DNA of 24,892 nt from Octopus sinensis. Lineage: Eukaryota. A model generated the notes under the pieces. The model made no database searches. It was not told the origin of the DNA and saw only the letters and a program-made list of their open reading frames with translations. The translations under genes and the position numbers were made by a program. Where the stretch lies: NCBI RefSeq assembly GCF_006345805.1, contig NW_021836282.1, positions 1 to 24,892 on the forward strand. The letters are read 5' to 3'. Below, piece after piece: positions 9,129 through 20,595 of the stretch. The first letter of the stretch is position 1. Every line of letters starts with the position of its first letter.

Positions 9129-9772
9129 TCAAATAAAATCAGATATCAGAAAGCAGAAGCAAAATCGAAGTCGATCAACATCAATGGAAATTGCAGCTGT
9201 GATACCAGTGCCGGTGACAAGTAAGCGAACCATCCAATCATGGCCGCTGCCAGCGCTGTCCCGACTGGCCTCCGTGCCGGTGACACGTAAAAAGCACCAT
9301 CCGATCGTGGCCGTTGCTAGCCTCGCCTGGCCCCGTGCCGGTGGCACATAAAAAGCACCATCTGATCGTGGCCATTGCCAGCCTCGTCTGGTCCCCTTGC
9401 CGGTGGCATGTAAAAGCACCATCCGATCGTGGCCGTTGCTAGCCTCGCCTGGCCCCGTGCCGGTGGCACATAAAAAGCACCATCTGATCGTGGCCATTGC
9501 CAGCCTCGTCTGGTCCCCTTGCCGGTGGCATGTAAAAGCACCATCCGATCGTGGCCGTTGCCAGCTCCGCCTGGCACCTGTGCGGGTGGCACGTAAAAAG
9601 CACCCACTACATTCACGGAGTGGTTGGCGTTAGGAAGGGCATCCAGCTGTAGAAACACTGCCAGATCAGACTGGGCCTGGTGCAGCCTTCTGGCTTCCCA
9701 GACCCCAGTCGAACCGTTCAACCCATGCTAGCATGGAGAACGGACGCTAAATAATGATGATGATGATGATGA
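9129..9772 (+). mobile_element. Family C SINE-like element with internal 61-bp tandem array and (TGA)n tail
   Basis: Units start at 9297, 9358, 9419, 9480, 9541; then GTTGGCGTTAGGAAGGGCATCCAGC...GGACGCTAAATAATGATGATG; second copy at 1919-2230. Confidence 0.85.
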
Positions 9773-9794
9773 TTGTTATTAATATTAATAATAC

Positions 9795-10035
9795 GGTGGT
9801 GAGCTGGCAGAATTGTTAGCATGCCGGGCAAAATGTTTAGAGGTATTTTATCTGCAGCTACGTGCTGAGTTCAAATTCTGCCAAGGTCCACTTTGCATTT
9901 CATCCTTTCAGGGTCGATAAATTAAGTACCAGTTATGCACTGGGGATCAATGTAAACAACTAGTCTCCTCACCCAAAATTTCAGGCCTTGTGCCTTTAGT
10001 AGAAAGGATTATTATTATTGTTGTTATTATTATTA
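9795..10035 (+). mobile_element. Family D tRNA-like SINE with (ATT)n tail
   Basis: GAGCTGGCAGAATTGTTAG (A-box-like), GAGTTCAAATTC (B-box-like), central TTTCATCCTTTCAGGGTCGATAAATTAAGTACCAG motif of the kind shared by several metazoan SINEs. Confidence 0.8.
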
Positions 10036-10091
10036 TTTTATGAATAATATTTTTGCTTGTATTTATTATTAGAACAGTGAATAAAATTAGC

Positions 10092-10231
10092 TACGGTATT
10101 TGGTTGTTATTTCTACCAGGTCAATCTAACCATTCACATGTACACACACATATATGCAACCGACCTCAGCATGGTAACTAGACATGCTAAAAATGGCAGC
10201 CAAATCTCCCTCAAATCACACCCTACTGTCT

Positions 10232-10302
<71 letters not shown>

Positions 10303-10480
10303 TGAGCCAATGAGGGAGACCTCTACATGGTAGCTAGACCTGCTAGAAATAGCAGCCAAATCTCCCTCAGATCACACCCTACTCTCTTATCTATGTATAT
10401 ATGTATGTATGAGCCAATGAGGGAGCCGGCTGCACGGTAGCCAGACCTAGTAAAAATAGCAGCCAAATCTCCTTCAAAAT
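10092..10480. repeat. Three direct copies and one inverted copy of a short interspersed motif (GACCTGCTAGAAATAGCAGCCAAATCTCCCTCAAATCACACCCTAC)
   Basis: Direct at about 10170-10233, 10303-10389 and 10410-10480; inverted at about 10097-10125; related inverted piece at about 19540-19570. Confidence 0.8.
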
Positions 10481-10744
10481 GACAAAGCCAGTGGGAAATG
10501 CCAGAAATGTAAATGGGATGGTCACAGCTGGAATGTATATTTTTCAGAAATTGTTTATTTAGATTTCCTTTCTGGTTAATCTACAACAGTAACAACAACA
10601 TGGATGACTCCCCACCCCCATAGGTCAGAGGGGATGTGCTCCTCCCACCCCTGCTATCTTCTTGAGAAAATGCCTGACCTAGTTCAGGGCCCTATTGAGG
10701 TTGTGATGAGGTGAAATTGTCATTTATAACTAAGGTGGGGGGAG

Positions 10745-11320
10745 GGCACCACCACCTTCACCACCACCATTACCATCTATAATAACACAACCCTACCATG
10801 GCCATCACTGCTACTACTATCAACATCATCAATAACAGTGTAACAACCCCACCGCAACCATTACTACTACTACTACTACCACTACCGACAACAATATTAT
10901 TAACAGTCCACCACCACTGATACCAGCACGACAGTCCTACCGTGACCACCACCTATGGCCAACAGAACCCGGCACCAACAAGCACAGCAGCAGTATCACC
11001 ACCACTACCACTGTGTCAGCAAGATTGTCATCATCACTACCACCACCACCACCATCACCATCACCATCATCATTACCATCATCATCATCATCACCATCAC
11101 CATCATCATCCCCATCATCATCATTACCACCATCATCATCATCATCACCATCATCATTGTCATCATCTCCACCACTGTCACCCCCCAACACTGCCTTAAC
11201 AACAACATCCTTGTCATCGATACCACCACCACCACCACCACCACCACAACCAACAACAACACAACCCATTCATCTATCAACTGTCCCCACCACCACCACC
11301 ACCACCACCATCACCTACAT
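10745..11320. repeat. (CAC)n/(CAT)n/(CAA)n trinucleotide microsatellite
   Basis: Visible; source of poly-His/Thr/Asp ORFs. Confidence 0.95.
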
Positions 11321-11443
11321 GTCCGATCCTCCCCCTCACAACAAACACCCCACCACCCCTGCGCCTCAGACAGGCTGGCCTCACTTGAACTTCTGGATGC
11401 CTGTTTGGGGAATCAGTTATCTAGGTCACATTCAGGACATTCT

Positions 11444-11489
<46 letters not shown>

Positions 11490-11776
11490 GGTAGAGGAAG
11501 AGAACAGAAAGAGTGAGAGGAAGAGGGTCAGTAGAGAGGAGAACATACACACACACTTGTCTCTAAGTTGGTCAACAAAAAGCTCAGGTGTCTGAATAGA
11601 GAAGTATCACATATTGCTCCAATTTTATTCAGTTCAGTTAGGTGAATAGTAAGAGTTCAAGAAACTGTACTCTTATATACTGTATTGAGTTCATTTTCAA
11701 TCACTTGTTATCATTAATGTATATGCCCAAGACCTTTGGCGATATACTGTGCTTGAAGAGACCAATGAAGCTAAAT

Positions 11777-12162
11777 GTGGAAGCATTCCGTCGGTTACGA
11801 CGACGAGGGTTCCGGTTGATCCGAATCAACGGAACAGCCTGCTCGTGAAATTAACGTGTAAGTGGCTGAGCACTCCACAGACACGTGTACCCTTAACGTA
11901 GTTCTCGGGGATATTCAGTGTGACACAGAGAGTGACAAGGCCGGCCCTTTGAAATACAGGTACAACAGAAACAGGAAGTAAGAGTGAGAGAAAGTTGTGG
12001 TGAAAGAATACAGAAGGGATCACCACCATCCCCTGCTGGAGCCTCGTGGAGCTTTAGGTGTTTTCTCTCAATAAACACTCACAACGCCCGGTCTGGGAAT
12101 CGAAACTGCGATCCTACGACCGCGAGTCCACTGCCCTAACCACTGGGCCATTGTGCCTCCAC
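11777..12162 (-). mobile_element. Family B SINE, full length, second tail type, with TSD
   Basis: Same tRNA head as 8401-8695; TSD GAAGCTAAAT at 11767-11776 and 12163-12172. Confidence 0.93.
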
Positions 12163-12377
12163 GAAGCTAAATGAGATCGTAGCTGTGGCCAATGCCAATG
12201 TTTCCTAACCGGCACCGGTGGCACATAAAAAGCTCTGTTTGGAAGTTGGACCTCATGAAAGCAGTGACAAGTGACTGAGACCACGACCATTGGCTTGTGG
12301 CAACCAATAAAGCCAAGTAAGATCGTAGTTGTGGGCCAATGCCTGTGCTTTGATAACCGGCACCTGTGCTGGTAGCA

Positions 12378-12598
12378 TACTCTTTTACTCTTTTACTTGT
12401 TTCAGTCATTTGACTGCGGCCATGCTGGAGCACCACCTTTAATCGAGCAACTCGACCCCGAAACTTATTCTTTTGTAAGCCCAGTACTCATTCTATCGGT
12501 CTCTTTTGCCGAAACGCTAAGTGACGGGGACGTAAACACACCAACATTGGTTGTCAAGCAATGCTAGGGGGACAAACACAGACACACAAACATACACA

Positions 12599-12640
<42 letters not shown>

Positions 12641-12804
12641 TACGACAGGCTTCTTTCAGTTTCCGTCTACCAAATCCACTCACAAGGCTTTGGTTTGCCT
12701 AAGGCTATAGCAGAAGACACTTGCCCAAGTTGTCACGCAGTGGGACTGAACCCGGAACCATGTGGTTGGTAAGCAAGCTACTTACCACACAGCCACTCCT
12801 GTGC
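12378..12804 (-). mobile_element. Family A SINE, full length
   Basis: Homolog of 3553-3960 from the (TCTTTTAC)2 tail to CACAGCCACTCCTGTGC. Confidence 0.93.
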
Positions 12805-13036
12805 AAAGGTACCCTTCAAACTTTGGGCCTCCTGAAGGCAAGTGACCAAGATCTTTGGTGATATATCATGCTTGAGCAGATCTGTCAGGCCAAGTGAGAC
12901 CATAGCCATCGCTGATGCAGTGTTGCAGAACTGGCACCCATGCAGGTGGCACGTATAAGGTACCCTTCAAACTTTGGGCCTCATTGAGAAGGGACTGAGA
13001 TTTTGGTGGTATAACATGCTTGAGAAGCAAAATCTC

Positions 13037-13295
13037 AAGGGGAGGAAGGGGACGGGGAGGAAGGGGAAGAGGAAGAGGGGGAAGGGGAGAGAGGGGAAGA
13101 GGAGGAAGGGGAAGAAGGGGGGGAAAGAGGAGGAGAGACGGAGAGGGGAAGAGGATGAGACAGAAGAGGTGGAGGGAGGTGAAGTGGGGAGGAGACAGGA
13201 GGAGGGGAATGGTAAGAGGTGAGACAGAGGAGGTGGAGATGGGAAGAGGACAGGAGGGGGCGACAGAGTAGGAAGAGAGGGAGGGAGGGGGGAAA
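13037..13295. repeat. Polypurine (GGA/GGGGA) tract
   Basis: About 260 nt of almost only G and A. Confidence 0.9.
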
Positions 13296-13413
13296 GCTGC
13301 AGGGTTTGAACCCTGAATCAGCCGCAAACAGCATTTGCTATGTTAACCACTGCAGCAAAGCACCATTGAGGTGGTGGAGCACTCTTAGTAGTGACACGTG
13401 CGGGTGGGTGCAA

Positions 13414-13414
<1 letters not shown>

Positions 13415-13453
<39 letters not shown>

Positions 13454-14350
13454 GTGCGTGTATGTGTGAGAGAGTGAGTGAGCATGGATATGTGTGCGAG
13501 TGTGTATGTGTGAGAGAATGTGTGAGTGTGTGTGAGTTTGTGTGGCTGTGTGTGTGTGAGTTTGTGTATATGTGTTTGTGGCTGTGTGGCTGTGTGTATG
13601 TGAGAGTGAGTGAGCATGTGTGTGTGCGAGTGTGTATGTGTGAAAGTATGTGTGTGTGTGCGAGTGTGTATGTGTGAAAGTATGTGTGTGTGTGTGTGTG
13701 TGAGAGCGAGTGAGTTAGCATGTGTATGTGAGACTGTGTATACAGGTGTGAGCGAGTGTGTGTATGTATGTTCGTGTTTGTGTGTGTGCGTCCATGTGTG
13801 TATGCATGTGTGTGTGTGTGTGTGTGTGTTGTGTGTGTGTGTGTGTGACCACATGTATATACAGCTTGTCCCAAAAGTAATTCCCGACTGTCAAAAACCT
13901 GAGTGTTAAAAATCAATAACATATCAATGAGATTGGGGCTTTCAAAATCGGGCATTACTTTTGGGACACCCAGTATGCTTACATGAAGGCACAAATATTT
14001 GTATGCTTATGTGTGTGTATATGTATATATGTGTGTGTGTATATGTGTATATATGTGTGTGTAGATATATATGTGTGTGTGTATGTGTGTATATATGTAT
14101 ATGTGTGTGTATATGTGTGTGTGTGTGTATATATGTGTGTGTGTGTGTGTATATATACATATGTGTGTGTATATATGTGGTGTGTGCGTATATGTGTGTG
14201 TGCGTATATGTGTGTGTGCGTATATGTGTGTGTGTGTATATATGTGTGTGTGTATATGTGTGTGTGTGTTTATATATGTGTGTGTGTATACATATATATT
14301 ACATATTGTATGTGTATGTATATGTGTGAGTGTCTGTGAGAGAGAGAGAG
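13415..14350. repeat. (TG)n/(TA)n compound microsatellite containing a MITE
   Basis: Visible. Confidence 0.95.
13862..13973. mobile_element. 112-bp Tc1/mariner-type MITE
   Basis: TIRs CAGCTTGTCCCAAAAGTAATTCCCGA and (reverse complement) CTGGGTGTCCCAAAAGTAATGCCCGA; TA at 13860-13861 and 13974-13975. Confidence 0.88.
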
Positions 14351-14634
14351 AAAATGGGGAGATTGTCCTTCTCTCTCTCCCTCTCACTTGCTCTCTCTCT
14401 CACTTTCTCTTTCTCTCCCTCTTTCTCCCTCTCCCTCACACTCAGCCATTAGCAATCACACTCATCTTACTTCGATTTCCTGCTGCCACCCCACCCCCAC
14501 CCGTATGTATTTTTAATCCACTTGGGTAGGAAAGCATCTGATATTTATTCCGAGACCAGCTTCCAAGGAGACCTAATACCACACACACACACCTAACTCT
14601 CTCTCTCTCTTTCATACAACTATCTACTTATTCC

Positions 14635-16345
14635 TACCTATCTGTCTTTCTGTCCGTCCTTCCATCCTTCTGGCTATCTGTCTGTCAGTGGGTCAACCTA
14701 CCTATGTACCTATCTAGCCACATAACTAGGTACATTCCTATCTATTTGTCTGTCTGTCTGGCTATCTTTGTTTCTATCTATATATCAGTCTATCTGCCAA
14801 CTTAACTATCTGTCTGTGTCTATCCACCTATCTATCTGTTTATCTACCTACCTGCCTATCTGTTTGTCTGTCTGTCTATCTATCTATGTTTCTATCTATA
14901 TATCTGTCTGTCTATTTCTCTACCTACTTAACTATCTGTCTGTCTGTCTATCCACCTATCTATCTATCTATCTGTTTATCTATCTATCTATTTGTTTGTC
15001 TATTTAATTGTCTATCTATCCAGCTATCTGTTTATCCATCTAACTATCTATCTATCTATCTATCTATCTATCCATCCATCCATCCACCTACCTACCTATC
15101 CATCCATCTCTCCCTCTATCTATCCATCTGTCTGTCTGTTTATCTATCCCTCTATCTATCTGTCTGTATATCTATCTATCTATCTATCTATCCATCCATC
15201 TACTTACCTACCTATCCATCCATCTCTCCCTCTATCTATCCATCTATCTATCTGTCTATCTATCTATCCATCCATCCATCTATCTATCCACCTACCTACC
15301 TACCTACCTGTCTATCTGTCTGTCTGTCTATCTATCTATCCATGTATCTATCTACCTGTCTGTCTATCCTTCTACCTACATACAGAACTGTCTACCTGTC
15401 TATCCTCTTACCCCTCTATCTATCCATCCCACTATTTTTCTATTTTCCCATCTCTACCTGTCTGTCTAATTCTTTCTACCTGCATATATCTATATATGTA
15501 TAGTATTTCCATTAAATTTTTTTTCATCTCCACACACACACATACACACACACACAAACATATGAAATTATATGTACAAGTATCTCTATCCATGTCTATC
15601 CCTGGAGGGAACACTTACACACACACACACACACACTCTCTCTCTCTCTCTCTCCTCCTCTCCCTTATCCTTTTCTTTCTCCGTTTTCCTGTCTTACAAT
15701 AAACACATGTACCCCACCCTCTCTCTCTCTCTCTCTCTCCCATACACACACCTACACATAACCAGATATACAGAAACATATGTACGTCTATCTAGTTATC
15801 TATCTCTATCCCTGGAGAGAACGCACACACAAATACACACACAGAAACCCCACCACACACACACACACACACACGTTCTCCTACTCATACACCCACACAC
15901 ATGCATTTCCACATACATATATGGTGATACACTAGCTGCACTTTCATATTACATTAACAAAAGGACTGCCAGCAATATTTCTTGCTCTAAGGGATGGGCA
16001 TGTGTGTGTATATATATACACACACACATATATACATATATATATGTATATCTTCATATATATATATATCTACATATATAAATATATCTACATATATATA
16101 TATATATATATACATATACACATACACATATACATATACACATATACATATACACATATACATATACACATATGCATATATACATATGCATATATACATA
16201 TACATATACATATGCATATATACATATACACATACATATACACATATACACATACACACATAAACATACACACATATACATATACACATATACATATACA
16301 CATATACATATACACACATACATATACACACACACATATATATAT
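14635..16345. repeat. Long (CTAT)n/(CCAT)n, (CA)n, (CT)n and (TACATA)n microsatellite block
   Basis: Visible; short unique interruptions. Confidence 0.92.
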
Positions 16346-16764
16346 GTGAGGGGAGGGGAGGGGACCCAAAAGAAACCAGAATTTTGCAATATTATTTTAT
16401 TCTCCTAGTTTTACATGTTTACACTTTTATCACCTTCAAAGTATTCTCCGTTTCAAGAAATACTTTAGTCCAGAGAAATGCTTTGCTGCTGCAACTTCTG
16501 CAAACCGATACCATTTAATGCCTCTGTTGTCTTTTTGTTTTTCCTTCACCTCTTCCATATCTGCAAATTCCGTAGCATTGGTTTTTGTTACCAAAGATGA
16601 CCATCGAAAAAAATGTCTGGATCAACTTCCGACTGTTCTTTCCGTCGTGAATGCTTTGGATCTTCCGTGAACAAGCGAGACACAAAGTTTTCTGAAACTA
16701 TTTTCATTCGTAATTCCTTTTTTTCAAAAAATTTTTTTTTTATACTTGTTTTTTATACTTATAT

Positions 16765-17421
16765 TTGACTGTGGCCATGCTGGGGCACCACCCTTGAAAA
16801 GTGTTCGTCGAAAGAATGAATCGAACCACCACCACCACTCGTTACTCTTTTACTTGTTTCAGTCATTTGACTGTGGCCATGCTGGAGCACCCCCTTTGAT
16901 CGAGCAAATCGACCCCGGGACTTATTCTTTTGTAAGCCCAGTACTTATTCTATCAGTCTCTTTAGCCGAACCGCTAAGTAACGGGGACATAAACACACCA
17001 GCATCGGTTGTCAAGCGATGTTGGGGGAACAAACACACTCACACAAACACACACACGCATATATATATACACATATATACGACGGGCTTCTTTCAGTTTC
17101 CATCTACCAAATCCACTCACAAGGCTTTGGTCGGCTCGAGGCTATAGTAGAAGACACTTGCCCAAGGTGCCACACAGTGGGACTGAACCCGGAACCATGT
17201 GGTTGGTAAGCAATCTAATTACCACACAGCCACTCCTTAATATATATATACATATATACGACAGGCTTCTTTCAGTTTCCGTCAACCAAATCCACTCACA
17301 AGACTTTGGTCGGCCCAAGGCTATATAAGAAGACACTAGCCCAAGGTGCCACGCAGTGGGACTGAACCCGGAACCATGTGGTTGGTAAGCAAGCTACTTA
17401 CCACACAGCCACTCCTGCACC
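16765..17421 (-). mobile_element. Family A SINE cluster: tail fragment (16765-16830), full copy (16842-17237), extra head (17257-17421)
   Basis: Homology to the other family A copies. Confidence 0.92.
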
Positions 17422-17658
17422 TTGTTCAAAATTCCTTGGCAAGAGCTCCAGGACTCACCAGTCACATCAACAAGTTTGGTCAATTGTTCGGTGATGGTCC
17501 TCCAAGACCAGTTCATGAATTTTCATGATGTTTTCATTTGTTCAGGAGGTCGACAGATGCCCTGAACGGGGTTGGCCTTCAGGCAACCAGTGACCATTCC
17601 CAAAGCATGGAAACCACCCCTAAAGTTGTGTTTTGCTCATGGCAGCATCTTTATAAGC

Positions 17659-18468
17659 CAGGGATACTCAACTACTTTTTATCTATGGACCCCTTTGATT
17701 ACCATTTTATTCTGGTGGACCCCTGCAGCCATTCGATCTTTAACCCTTTAGTGTTTAAACTGGCCATATCCGGCCAAAGTTTTCTACCTATTTTATGTTT
17801 AAACTGACCAGATCAGGCCTCTCGCACCTAACCTACATTAACATTCTTAAAATAAACAATCACATCATTGAAACCTCAAAGCTATAAGATAATGCATGAT
17901 TAATTAAAAACAATTTGAGTAAAAAAATATTACATTTAACAGAGTAATCTGAAACCTAAAGGGTTAAAAACTAGTTTTATAGAAACTTCTTTTAAAATTC
18001 CTATTTTGTTTTTCCCTCATTAACTTCTGTCGGTCGAACATTGTAAAATGTTAGAGAAAGAAACCTATTTCTTGTAATACAGACCAATACAAACATCTAA
18101 AGCAGAATTTTTTCAGAGGCCCTTAAATTTCTATTACGGATCCCCAATTTACTATTTCGCTTAGAAGGACCCCCTTTGATTACTATTTTATTCTGGTGAA
18201 CACCAATAGCCATTTGATGTTTAAAAATTAGTTTTATAGAAAATTCTTTCCAAATTCCTATTTTTTCCCCCATATAAACTTGTGTTGGTTGAACAATGTA
18301 AAATGTTAGGGAAAGAAACCCAGCCGTTACTTGTGATACAGACCAATACAAACACCTAAAGCAAAATTTTTTTCAGGGGCCCTTAAATTACAATTGTGGA
18401 TCCCAATTTATCAACTTGCAGCATGGACCCCCAAAAATCTGAATTGGACCCCCAGTTGAGAACCACTG
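17659..18468. mobile_element. hAT (Charlie-like) non-autonomous element with an internal ~250-bp tandem duplication
   Basis: TIRs CAGGGATACTCAACT / AGTTGAGAACCACTG; 8-bp TSD TTATAAGC (17651-17658) / TTGTAAGC (18469-18476); repeated GGACCCC subterminal motifs. Confidence 0.9.
17744..17963. mobile_element. 220-bp piggyBac-type MITE
   Basis: TTAA|CCCTTTAG ... CTAAAGGG|TTAA; the empty site (GATGTTTAAAAATTAG, about 18217-18232) is visible in the duplicated host unit. Confidence 0.9.
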
Positions 18469-18739
18469 TTGTAAGCTGTCTGAAGCATGACAACTGTCTT
18501 GGCTGTCGTTTTCCCCAACAGAAAACAGAATGTCAAGAAAGAATGCTGTTCCTTTGTTTGAGCCAATGCAAAAATTGATGAACAGGGAAGAAACACTGCA
18601 AAACAAAGAGGCACCACGTGGCACAATCACTTCGCTTATGCCTGAGGATCACATCAAGTGGCTTCTTGTAGTGAAACCAGAACTACAAAGAGAACATTTC
18701 CAGTTACTTTTGGGTGCCTCTTCATACATATGTATATGT

Positions 18740-19044
18740 TTAATACAAGTAATGAGAGAGAGTCCACATGTGGTCACTCTAACGCTAGATATAGATCCAC
18801 GAAGGGAATCCACCACTAAAGAATTGTTCTCAAGAATTAGTTCAACGCGCCAAGAATGTAATCGAGCAGAACAAATGAAAAATAAAGAAAAAATAGATTA
18901 ACTCTATACAATTGTTTCACCGTTATATTCTTGTTGCGTTGAATTAATTCTTGAGAACAATTCTTTAGTGGTGGATTCCCTTCGTGGATCTATATCTAGC
19001 GTTAGAGTGACCACATGTGGACTCTCTCTCATTACTTGTATTAA
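18740..19044. repeat. Long inverted repeat: 100-bp perfect arms plus 22-bp imperfect extension, 61-bp spacer
   Basis: 18740-18839 is the exact reverse complement of 18945-19044; 18840-18861 vs 18923-18944 has 4 mismatches. Confidence 0.97.
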
Positions 19045-19195
19045 TAATTTTTACTGTATCCCATTTTTTATACACTAGGCCACTTGGTGTTTTAAATTGA
19101 TGTTATTAATTAATATTCAATTTTTTTCACCCTTATTGTGATTTTAATTATGTATTTATATAAATAACTATTTAAACTTTGGATATACACCTGGA

Positions 19196-19510
19196 GTGGA
19201 GGCACATAGCCAAGTGGTTAGAGCAGCGGACTCGCAGTCGAGAGATCACAGGTTCAAATCTCAGACCAGGCAATGTGTGTGTTTATGAGCGAAAGAACCT
19301 AAGCTCCATGCGGCTCTGGCAGAAGGCGATGGCGAACTTCTGCTGACTCTTTCGCCACAACTTTCTCTCACTCTTTCCTCCTGCATCTTGCAGCTGACAT
19401 GATGAGGATAATGATGGTGATGCAGTTTCTGATGAAGTACATTCCGGAGGTGACCATCCAGCCATATTCTCAGGCGTCGTTTATCTCGGACTACATTATT
19501 GTACGTGTCC
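19196..19510 (+). mobile_element. Diverged family B-type SINE; sequence after the shared body differs from the other two tails
   Basis: GTGGAGGCACATAGCCAAGTGGTTAGAGCAGCGGACTCGC...GGTTCAAATCTCAGACC...ACAACTTTCTCTCACTCTT shared with 11777-12162; 3' boundary uncertain. Confidence 0.75.
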
Positions 19511-19604
19511 TACTACATTTCAGAAGGCTGAGTTGTGGGTGATTTGGTTACTATTTCTAGCAAGGTCGTCAGAGCAAAAAACTGTGACCTCTCCCTGTGC
19601 GTTT

Positions 19605-20291
19605 TAGTGATGATGATGATGATGATGGTAGTGGTAGTAATGATGGTTGCTGGTAGTTGTGCTTGGCAGTGAAGGTGGTAATGGTGGTGGTGATGGTGGT
19701 AGTAACAATGGTTGTGAGGGTGGTTGTAGTGGTGGTGAAGGTAAAACTGAGCAGAGCGCATCACAAATAACCAAATATGTTGAAACATTAATAAATACAC
19801 AAGCAAACATAAATACATATGTATATATACATATATATATACACACATATATATATATACACACATATATACACACACATATATATATATATACATGTAT
19901 ATATATATATATGTATATATATATTTATACATATATATGTACACACTACATACATTTAGACTCACACATATATATATATATACAAATATATATATATATA
20001 TAACACACACACATATATATATATTATATATATATATATATATAGTATATACATACACACACATATATATATACATGTATATATATATGTATATATATAT
20101 ATAACATATATATGTACAACATATACATTTAGACAAACACACGCACATATATATATATATATATAATATATATATATATATTAAATATATACATACATAT
20201 CTATATATCTATATACATATATCTATATGCATACATATCAATGCACACACACACACAGGCACACACATACATACAGACGTAATGTATGCTT

Positions 20292-20331
<40 letters not shown>

Positions 20332-20350
20332 GTATATATACACACACACA
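19605..20350. repeat. (GAT/GGT)n then (TA)n/(CA)n microsatellites
   Basis: Visible. Confidence 0.93.
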
Positions 20351-20430
20351 AGTACAGCCACAGCTTCTTCGTCAGGCAGGAAGACACACAGACAGGCAGA
20401 CAGACAGAGAGGCAGATAGTGAAATGGGAG

Positions 20431-20557
20431 GGGGTGGGCAGGGGTGGGAGCCAAGCACTCCACTGCCATTGCCAGGTGGGGCGGAGCACCATGGATTAAA
20501 GCTTCCGGCAACCGGAAGTGGTTTGTGTATGGTGTAGCCCTGAGTGGCGCCCATTTT
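20431..20557. promoter_or_regulatory. Candidate cis-regulatory motif cluster (Sp/KLF boxes, inverted ETS pair, YY1-like)
   Basis: GGGGTGGG twice (20431, 20441), GGGGCGGAGC (20478), CTTCCGG-caa-CCGGAAGTG (20502-20520), GGCGCCCATTTT (20546). Motif match only. Confidence 0.35.
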
Positions 20558-20595
20558 TGAAATAGAACAGACGCTGGGGAGAGAGAGAGAGAGAT

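Larger units (their letters stand above)
11725..13030 (+). repeat. Degenerate tandem array of ~150-bp units (related to family C units), interrupted by two SINEs
   Basis: Recurrent blocks GACCTTTGGCGATAT..TGCTTGA, AGCCAAGTGAGATCGTAG, GGCACC..GGTGGCACRTAAAA; AAGGTACCCTTCAAACTTTGGGCCTC occurs at 12806 and 12957. Confidence 0.65.
16347..18724 (-). mobile_element. Degenerate, internally deleted mariner with both TIRs, split by nested insertions
   Basis: TIRs GAGGGGACCCAAAAGAAACCAGAATTT (about 16358-16384) and reverse complement of 18696-18724. Minus-strand peptides: KEQHSFLTFCFLLGKTTAKTVVMLQTAY (about 18560-18470); KDAAMSKTQL*GWF...QPRSGHLSTS*TNENIMKIHELVLEDHHRTID...SWSSCQGILNK (17655-17421); ELRMKIVSENFVSRLFTEDPK, FADMEEVKEK, NGEYFEGDK (16716-16425). 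Confidence 0.88.

Noticed and set aside
9230-9603. CRISPR-like array
   Set aside because: Units are contiguous with no unique spacers, no cas genes, eukaryotic context.
11385-11400. Possible minus-strand microexon (AAACAG|GCATCCAGAAGTTCAA|GTGAGG)
   Set aside because: Splice signals of this quality arise by chance; 16 nt with no supporting context.
18530-18901. 123-aa + strand ORF
   Set aside because: Spans the antisense mariner 5' end, its TIR and the palindrome arm; no protein family signature.
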